The notes under the pieces were generated by a model. That model had not been told where the DNA came from. It did no database searches and was given only the letters and a program-made list of their open reading frames with translations. From positions 2,574-66,573 of the IMG/VR virus record IMGVR_UViG_3300004481_001142: 64,000 bases of DNA, one strand, 5' to 3'. Every line of letters starts with the position of its first letter. Position 1 is the first letter of the stretch. The position numbers and the translations under genes are program-made. Source of the stretch: a virus. Its lineage: Duplodnaviria; Caudoviricetes. Shown piece after piece: positions 46,546-53,624 of the stretch.

Positions 46546-46989
46546 TTATGCCACCGTTATGGTTATTCTTGCTGTTTCAAAATCTCCGACTTTAGCATAA
46601 ACATCTACTGTCCCTGCTACTAATCCAGTTACTAAACCTTGCAATACAGAAAGTACTAACGTGGGCGTTGGATTAGTCTTCCACAAAGCATAGCCAGTAG
46701 CATCTTGTGCCAAATTATCTGGCGTATAATTAAAACCTGTAATCTTTCCTCTATATAATAGTGCTGACAATTGAATAGTATCAGCTACAGCCATTGTTAT
46801 TGCTGTTTTGACAGGATAAATCATTAATGCTTGAGGATTGTTATTAAAAGTACCTTCAATTATGGCTCTAGATTGAGCCAACGTCAGTTTACTAGTCTCA
46901 TGAAAAGTGTCAACATTAGATAATAATCTAATGCCGTCTTCATATGCTTGCTGTCTAATCTTTGCTTCAGCTGTCTGAACGTATGACAT
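46546..46989 (-). CDS. Virion protein with C-terminal Ig-like (Big_2-type) domain
   Basis: WKTNPTP...GLVTGLVAGTVDVYA...ARITITV; AAGGAG RBS. Confidence 0.6.
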   Translation of the reverse strand: MSYVQTAEAKIRQQAYEDGIRLLSNVDTFHETSKLTLAQSRAIIEGTFNNNPQALMIYPVKTAITMAVADTIQLSALLYRGKITGFNYTPDNLAQDATGYALWKTNPTPTLVLSVLQGLVTGLVAGTVDVYAKVGDFETARITITVA

Positions 46990-47040
46990 AAGTCACTCCT
47001 TTTTTAATAAGCAAGATTATCAATCTCTGATTACCTATTT

Positions 47041-49848
47041 TTAAAATTCTATATTTTCAAACGTAATCGTTCGTCCTTTCGGATCATCATAATCCGGAGC
47101 TTTATCAGTCCGCAATCTATCATGCTCAGTAATCTCACCGTTTTGTATGAACTTACCCTGATCTTCAGTATAATGTTCGAATGGCGGTCGCAAACCAACT
47201 CGTTGAGCATACTTAAACAAATTCAAAGACTGAACAAATTCATATCGTATGTCTGTCGTATCGACGTGCTCTATTGGAAAATGCTGTTGTACTGCCACGC
47301 CTCTAACTTCAGGATATCTGACAGGACCAACTGCGTATATCATCATTTTAGACCTATGTAATAAAAAGTCACGCTGAGTTAAAGTCGGCGTAATATTTGT
47401 CCATGTATTCTCTACAGCATCTAATTTCATTCCTCGATCTGTCATATTAATTTTCTGTTCTACTTCACATGGCGCAATTTTCATTTCATAAGGACCCTCA
47501 TACCCTCCAACAAAACCTGTGCCCCAACACTTCTTGCAAGGACCAATCTGTGGCTGTTTATGCGTTCTTTCATTTTGCACATAACATGTGCATTTTTGTC
47601 CAGTCGTCTTACGAATAAACAACATCACTCTTTCACCTGCTTGATCTAACAACCATGCATTTCTGCGTATAGCTTCAATATACATATAGTCGAGCTTATC
47701 AGGTTCGACTGTAGCAGATGCGCACCATTCAAGTCTAGTCTCACTACCGTCACTTAAGACGCAAGTAACTTTATAAAACGGTGACCTGGCTAAATTCATC
47801 CTAAATGAATTGATGATATACTTATATGTAACGGTCACAATCGACTCAGTTGTCGGTATAATCGGTTCAATCCATCGCATTAACACGTCATCATGTTTTC
47901 TTTCAGTATCTAAAATGATTACACCTTTTATGCCGTCAACAGATTTTACAAAAGCCTTTTTACCATCAACTAATACTTCTACATCATCTGTATTGTCAGT
48001 ATATATATTATATTCTCTATTTTCAACATTGTCATTAACAATTGGTGTATGTTGTACTTGTATGCAGTATTGAGCATTAGGATCAGTTATTAATGGCAAG
48101 TAAGCTTGACCTGATGATAATGTGAAATCTGCAAATCTGACAGTTACAACAGTATTAGAACTTTTAGCATAATATTTAACTTGCAAATCAGATTTTGAAA
48201 AGCTTAAATATGATTCCATTAATATCCAATTAATGCCATCATAATAAAATGTCGTGACGTCAGATCCTGATCTGCTAATCATAAATTTGCCACTTAAATC
48301 TGTAGTACCAACATGTCGTTCACTAATCACTTGAGAATTAACAACTAATTGACTCACATATTCATCAAATGATTCATGCCGTATTCTTGAAATTTTAATA
48401 TGAGTAAAATCATCATAAGCTACTATAAAAGCTGCTTCTGATATGTAAAGAGCATCAGTTACAGGCCACACTAATAGTTCATAACTTGATTCAATATTAA
48501 AATCATTTTTAAGTCTAAATTTTGATTGAAATGTTGCTTCACGATTGTTACCGTAAACATCAACAAAATTTAAACCGCCTGATTGATTGAATATCCTATC
48601 AGTATCAATCAATTCCCATTGATTAGCATTAACAATTTGACCTTCAAAATTTGTTGACGCATCTACTGGCGATTTAAATCTAAATTGATCTGACACATCT
48701 TCTTGCACTACAATACGATTAATCCATTTATCTCGATAAAATGTAGTAGTGACTATTTGCTGATTTATTCTTAAAAATGTGTGACTTTCTCTTGTATATA
48801 CTTGATCAGTCGTTATTATTTCATGTGATGTTATATTTTTAAGTATATCACGCGGTCCAACTTGAGAACGATAAACATTATAACCTATAATTCCAGATTC
48901 AATTGGCATCATATCGTCCCAACAAACATCCAAAGTATTCTTAATATAAGGAATTGACACAAATACATTCCTTACTACAACATTATTTTCTTTTTGTTGT
49001 ATGCTGTATGTAGCAACTTTCAACGCTTCAACATTATTAAACTGATCAACTGCAAAAAATCTCAACGCATTAATTCCTGTTTGCAAATTAACTACAACAG
49101 GCGACGTATCTTTATTTTGATAACTAGTGACTGTAGGATTGGCACCGTTTAATGACCAATAAATCGTTGCAGGTTTATTTGATGTTAATGTAACAGACGA
49201 TAGAATATCATACGTACCTTCTACTACGCTAGGAATGGTTATAGGCGCAGTTGTATCGCTCGTTATAGCAGTAAATCTATAAACTTCTATGTAATATGAG
49301 CTTTTATTTCCATCTTCATCAATACCAAAAAACTTTAATGTTGTAGTCGTAGCAATATGAACCGGCGTAGAATATAAAAAAGAACTTGTGTCAGGCATCG
49401 AGCCGTCAATGGTATAATAAACATTTGTATTTGGTTTGCTACTTATTAGCGACACATCCTGCGCAGATGCATACAATTTACCTTTTGGATTTGCAATAAC
49501 AGCAGGCGAAACTGTATCATCAACAATAATTGTAAAAGAATAATCATCTTTATATTCAATATCATTGCTGTCTTTAACACTAATCGCCACTGGTATGATA
49601 GCGCCTCTATTAAAGATAGCAGTGTGCGTTATATAGACATCATATCCTCTGGGCGCATCAAGTATTGAACCTGAAAAATTTATCTGAAATAACCCATTAA
49701 CTATGGCATTGCTGCCATTAATTATCACATTAATGCTATTTTTATTAGCAATAGATCCTTCATTAGCCCAAATTTCAAAATAAATTGGGGTTGTTCTTTG
49801 AATGTCAATAGCACCTGTTACTGGTGCATGTCCGTCAAAATATAACAT
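47041..49848 (-). CDS. Head-closure / neck protein with long N-terminal Ig/Fn3/lectin-like decoration
   Basis: C-terminal GERVMLFIRKTTGQKCTC...QP..GPCKKCWGTGFVGGY (CxC...CxxC neck domain as in SPO1/Twort-like phages); N-terminal YYTIDGSMP Fn3-associated repeats. Confidence 0.7.
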   Translation of the reverse strand: MLYFDGHAPVTGAIDIQRTTPIYFEIWANEGSIANKNSINVIINGSNAIVNGLFQINFSGSILDAPRGYDVYITHTAIFNRGAIIPVAISVKDSNDIEYKDDYSFTIIVDDTVSPAVIANPKGKLYASAQDVSLISSKPNTNVYYTIDGSMPDTSSFLYSTPVHIATTTTLKFFGIDEDGNKSSYYIEVYRFTAITSDTTAPITIPSVVEGTYDILSSVTLTSNKPATIYWSLNGANPTVTSYQNKDTSPVVVNLQTGINALRFFAVDQFNNVEALKVATYSIQQKENNVVVRNVFVSIPYIKNTLDVCWDDMMPIESGIIGYNVYRSQVGPRDILKNITSHEIITTDQVYTRESHTFLRINQQIVTTTFYRDKWINRIVVQEDVSDQFRFKSPVDASTNFEGQIVNANQWELIDTDRIFNQSGGLNFVDVYGNNREATFQSKFRLKNDFNIESSYELLVWPVTDALYISEAAFIVAYDDFTHIKISRIRHESFDEYVSQLVVNSQVISERHVGTTDLSGKFMISRSGSDVTTFYYDGINWILMESYLSFSKSDLQVKYYAKSSNTVVTVRFADFTLSSGQAYLPLITDPNAQYCIQVQHTPIVNDNVENREYNIYTDNTDDVEVLVDGKKAFVKSVDGIKGVIILDTERKHDDVLMRWIEPIIPTTESIVTVTYKYIINSFRMNLARSPFYKVTCVLSDGSETRLEWCASATVEPDKLDYMYIEAIRRNAWLLDQAGERVMLFIRKTTGQKCTCYVQNERTHKQPQIGPCKKCWGTGFVGGYEGPYEMKIAPCEVEQKINMTDRGMKLDAVENTWTNITPTLTQRDFLLHRSKMMIYAVGPVRYPEVRGVAVQQHFPIEHVDTTDIRYEFVQSLNLFKYAQRVGLRPPFEHYTEDQGKFIQNGEITEHDRLRTDKAPDYDDPKGRTITFENIEF

Positions 49849-50245
49849 TATCTGACCTCAAAATATTGTTTATAATGGCTTCAGTAGGATCTAAAAATTT
49901 CATTTGTAAAAAATCTCTTATTTGCAACCAATTTACTACTTTGCATCTATCATCAACACAATAATCGAAATATATTTTTTTTGACGTCTGAAAATCTAAA
50001 AACGGCGCATTTTCATTTACTGAATGTAATTTAATAGCATTTCTTTCAAGAAATCGCAAAGCATTCTGCAATGGCTGCCCGCAACGGCATGTCCATAAAA
50101 TCGTATAAAAATTTTCATACATCCATGCTATAGTTTCTTTTGCATAAGGAAGGAGGACGAACTCCTCCAATAGGTGTGCGTCCTCCTCATACTTCACAAT
50201 CGTTCCGTCAAAATCAACTGCAATAATTTTGCATCTCTCAACCAT
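49835..50245 (-). CDS. HAD-superfamily hydrolase (small capless type)
   Basis: IIAVDFDGTIV motif I, LWTCR motif II, KKIYFDYCVDDR motifs III/IV. Confidence 0.85.
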   Translation of the reverse strand: MVERCKIIAVDFDGTIVKYEEDAHLLEEFVLLPYAKETIAWMYENFYTILWTCRCGQPLQNALRFLERNAIKLHSVNENAPFLDFQTSKKIYFDYCVDDRCKVVNWLQIRDFLQMKFLDPTEAIINNILRSDNVIF

Positions 50246-50775
50246 TATGCATTCTTTCCTCTAACCGACTTCCATGTTTCGTGTATTCCAGTCGCACCGA
50301 AACCAGCAGTCAAACCAGCTATTATACTAGTAACTACAGGCTGTCCAAGCGACGCACTTGCAGCAAAGCCTGACAAGATACCAATTGCTAATGCAATATA
50401 CGGCTTTAACGGCTTCACTTTAGGCGTGTCAAATGCTTTTGCTAATGCCGGAAATTTCAAAACTGATACCAGCAATTTAATTAATGCTGCAATCAACAGA
50501 ATCAATGTAACTGCACCTGTCTTCATGCCCTTGACAGCATTAACAACTGCACTAGCATTGTTCATTAATGTGTCAGCAGTTATTGATGAATCAGGAATTT
50601 TAACATTAACTTCTGCTTTTGCAGCAGCATCCTTGACTGTCGCAACAGCAGTCGCAACAACTGCCTTCACTACCGGCTGAACAGTAGTTACAGCTGGCTT
50701 TACGATAGCAACCGAATCAGCTGACACCGCAACAGCAAATACAACAACCATCAAACAAGCAAGCAAACGTCTCAT
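50245..50775 (-). CDS. Holin-like membrane protein with N-terminal signal-peptide-like extension
   Basis: MRRLLACLMVVVFAVAVSA signal-like start; 2-3 hydrophobic helices; GLTAGFGATGIHE..K holin-type ending; AAGGAGG RBS. Confidence 0.55.
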   Translation of the reverse strand: MRRLLACLMVVVFAVAVSADSVAIVKPAVTTVQPVVKAVVATAVATVKDAAAKAEVNVKIPDSSITADTLMNNASAVVNAVKGMKTGAVTLILLIAALIKLLVSVLKFPALAKAFDTPKVKPLKPYIALAIGILSGFAASASLGQPVVTSIIAGLTAGFGATGIHETWKSVRGKNA

Positions 50776-51191
50776 AGCACTACCTCCTTTTGGTGTAGTT
50801 TGTTAATTGCATCATACTCGTCCTTTAACTGAGTTATGACTCTTAAATACTTCTTAAGATCTGTTAGATTGTCAAATGACTTGAAATTCTTACTAATGTT
50901 TGTCAAAAAATCTTTTTCATTTTTTGTCAAATCACCGCCTTTATAAAAAATAACATATCGAGATAATAATAAACCTGTACATTCGTCATATATGTTTTCT
51001 GTATCCCAATGCTTATCGTATGGATCAATAAAATGAATCTTATCAAATTCTTTTTTTATTTCTTCACGCCACTTATTATTAGTACAGTCACCACCCAAAA
51101 ATATCGACAGCTCGCCCTTTGCTCGTTTAACATCTTTAAGCACACTAGCTATTTTAAAAACTTCAGTCTGTATTTTTATTAAATGCTTCAT
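50772..51191 (-). CDS. Leader-bearing nucleoside 2-deoxyribosyltransferase-like protein (Nuc_deoxyri_tr2-type)
   Basis: IFLGGDC...WRE...IHFIDPY...W...YDEC.GL...YVIFY pattern after the 15-aa shared leader. Confidence 0.65.
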   Translation of the reverse strand: MKHLIKIQTEVFKIASVLKDVKRAKGELSIFLGGDCTNNKWREEIKKEFDKIHFIDPYDKHWDTENIYDECTGLLLSRYVIFYKGGDLTKNEKDFLTNISKNFKSFDNLTDLKKYLRVITQLKDEYDAINKLHQKEVVL

Positions 51192-51967
51192 GGATGTTTA
51201 GGATTCCCCTTTTCTACTATCAGCTTTTCTACAAATTCTTTAGCATCTTTAACTGTTAGAAAATGGACACTGTCACCATAACTTCCTGGAGTATAACGAC
51301 TTACATTAACCAAATGTCCTTGCTTGTTTATATAACTCCAATATACCCAGAACATTTTTTTATCACCCATTGACACGTCTCTTATTTTCCATATTACATC
51401 TCCGCTCTGACCAACAAAACCACCAGTGGCAGTCTTTTTCCATTCTATATCACTATCAATTTTATCATCAAACACATTCACTTCTGATGCATATCCTGTA
51501 TAATCTTCACCCATATCGTTTGTAATATCAAAAATCACACCATTACAACCCATTCGTTTTAATTTTTCTTCATTTTTTTCAGTCCCAAAACCAGACTTTT
51601 GATTATATAATACTAAATCCACTTTTCGTTTAGTTATTTTACCCTCAGAAAACATTTTAGCAACAGCAAGTTCAGGCGTCCATGATTGCCCCCTTAAGAC
51701 GCCTGTAATAGATTCATTAGGCGAATGACCACGAAAAATAAAACCTTTCAATCTTAAAATATCTGGCAAATCATCTAACCCATTTTCTTTTGTTAATTTG
51801 CCGTCAATAACTTTCACATCATTATTGCTATCAGATTGCTTTGCTGTCAATCTTTTCTTACTTTTAGGATGCTTTTTTAAATATATCCTTTGCTCATCTA
51901 CTGTTAAATCATCCCATTTTCGAGCACATTTTAAAAATTCAGCCTGAATCACTGCTAAATGTTTCAT
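51188..51967 (-). CDS. Leader-bearing putative ADP-ribosyltransferase-fold protein
   Basis: Start reassigned to 51967 (ATGA overlap, begins at leader); IFRGH, GQSWTPELAVAKMFS and ASEVNVF match the R-S-E ART pattern. Confidence 0.55.
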   Translation of the reverse strand: MKHLAVIQAEFLKCARKWDDLTVDEQRIYLKKHPKSKKRLTAKQSDSNNDVKVIDGKLTKENGLDDLPDILRLKGFIFRGHSPNESITGVLRGQSWTPELAVAKMFSEGKITKRKVDLVLYNQKSGFGTEKNEEKLKRMGCNGVIFDITNDMGEDYTGYASEVNVFDDKIDSDIEWKKTATGGFVGQSGDVIWKIRDVSMGDKKMFWVYWSYINKQGHLVNVSRYTPGSYGDSVHFLTVKDAKEFVEKLIVEKGNPKHP

Positions 51968-52437
51968 ACAACTTTCCAATGAGACGGCACTTCAACATCC
52001 TCATCTTTACCGTGCTCATATTCTGCATAAATACCACCATCATCTACTATGTCAACATCCCAACCATTAGACAATGAATATCTTTTTTTCTCTTGTGGCT
52101 TATCTAAATTATCAGGATAAAAACAATCAAACATTTGTTTTGATATTTCAGTCTCTGCTTCTTGTTGCAACGGTAAATTTTTAACGCCCAAACTGTATGC
52201 AGGCTCTTTACCGTATTCTTGCTTCATTCTAATTCTAGAATAAGCAATTGATTTGTCTTTTACATCATCACGAACTTCTCTTAACATGCCTTGCTTAATA
52301 ATCGTCGGCTGCACGTCTTTAATTTCAGGCGGCGCTTCTGACAATTCAACTCTCTTTTCACGTTCTTTATGAACTTCACCACTCATATCATCTGCGAATC
52401 TTAAAAACTCTGTCTGAATTTTAGCTAGATGTTTCAT
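51964..52437 (-). CDS. Leader-bearing CYTH (triphosphate tunnel metalloenzyme) domain protein
   Basis: EREKR, IKQGML, SRIRMK, LGVK, EAETEIS, EKKRY, WDVDI, YAEYE and P..W occur in CYTH order. Confidence 0.7.
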   Translation of the reverse strand: MKHLAKIQTEFLRFADDMSGEVHKEREKRVELSEAPPEIKDVQPTIIKQGMLREVRDDVKDKSIAYSRIRMKQEYGKEPAYSLGVKNLPLQQEAETEISKQMFDCFYPDNLDKPQEKKRYSLSNGWDVDIVDDGGIYAEYEHGKDEDVEVPSHWKVV

Positions 52438-52718
52438 CTTTCATGCCTCAAAAAAGATGTTATTCTTGTTCGTTCCTCTTCTAATTCTTTTCGACCCTCA
52501 TCATCTTGGTCAAAATAAACCCAGCCTCTGTCGGGCGTTAAAATGCTCGACTGACCTAATGTGTGCCGTTCAGTACCAATTGTTTCATGCCTTTGAATAG
52601 AATGTCTACTCATATCTGCTTTTGGATGTTCTTTACGATATTCATCATAAGCACGTTGTGACGGAAAAACAACAGCAAATTTTAAAAACTCAGATTGAAT
52701 TGTAGCTAAATACTTCAT
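52434..52718 (-). CDS. Leader-bearing small hypothetical protein with YRKEHPK motif
   Basis: MKYLATIQSEFLKFA leader; 94 aa; starts 3 nt after the adaptor stop. Confidence 0.75.
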   Translation of the reverse strand: MKYLATIQSEFLKFAVVFPSQRAYDEYRKEHPKADMSRHSIQRHETIGTERHTLGQSSILTPDRGWVYFDQDDEGRKELEEERTRITSFLRHER

Positions 52719-52721
52719 ATT

Positions 52722-53615
52722 TTACCCGATCATTATCCTATTGAATCTTGAACCTGTCCACCTCTTAATGTTCTGTCCAGCTGTCCAGGGTCCAAGTGCA
52801 GCACCTCTTGAGTAAGTATATCTATCTTGTCTCAAACCAACAATACATTTAATCCTCTTTTTTGCCATTTCCAATTGCTTATCAACCATACTTTGAATTT
52901 GATTAGCAAATCCAGAATATTTATCTGATCGTCTAATATCTAATGATATACCCGACAGACTGTAATTAAATTCTTCGCCTGCCCAAAGTATCGCTAAATC
53001 ATAAAGTGCATATACTTGAGCCTCTAATAACATTAATGGCTCCCATGCAGAGGGATATGACAACAAGTCATATTCAGTTGCGGGCGGATATAAATTCACA
53101 TAATTTGATGCATCTTCTAAATGATTGACCAATTGATCGTCAGGCCATTTATATCCTCTAGTCTCAGTAAAACCTGCAATTTCTTGTTCACTACTTGGCG
53201 GTGCAAAATGATAATCTCTGTCAGGATTAACATCTCTCAATTTGCATCTTAACTTATGAATTAACCGTTTGACAGTCTCAGGAAATTCTTCAGATACAAC
53301 TGTTAATTTAGAAACAACCTCAAATTCTTCAGAATTAGTTAATTCACTGCTAGTAGCTGTCTCTTTTAATTTCCAAACAATCTTATGAAGTCCCATGTTT
53401 TCATTATCAGGTATTTGCCATGGAGCAAAATAACTGCCTACGCCAAACTTTATAGGTGTTCTATTAGGACCACCAATCAAAACAGCACTACCAGATGATA
53501 AATCGTACAAATCAAAAGCTATACTATAAGGATCTTTTAACCTGTTCAATTTGTCATAAATAAAAATGTTCAAATTGTCACGTGTTGTAGTGTCACCACG
53601 TCTTAAAGCGTTCAT
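52722..53615 (-). CDS. Head-tail adaptor (neck) protein
   Basis: LIHKLRCKLRD...DDQLVNHLEDA...LMLLEAQVYAL...FNYSLSGISLD...KY adaptor-like helical domain; AAGGAG RBS. Confidence 0.7.
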   Translation of the reverse strand: MNALRRGDTTTRDNLNIFIYDKLNRLKDPYSIAFDLYDLSSGSAVLIGGPNRTPIKFGVGSYFAPWQIPDNENMGLHKIVWKLKETATSSELTNSEEFEVVSKLTVVSEEFPETVKRLIHKLRCKLRDVNPDRDYHFAPPSSEQEIAGFTETRGYKWPDDQLVNHLEDASNYVNLYPPATEYDLLSYPSAWEPLMLLEAQVYALYDLAILWAGEEFNYSLSGISLDIRRSDKYSGFANQIQSMVDKQLEMAKKRIKCIVGLRQDRYTYSRGAALGPWTAGQNIKRWTGSRFNRIMIG

Positions 53616-53624
53616 ATTTGCTCC

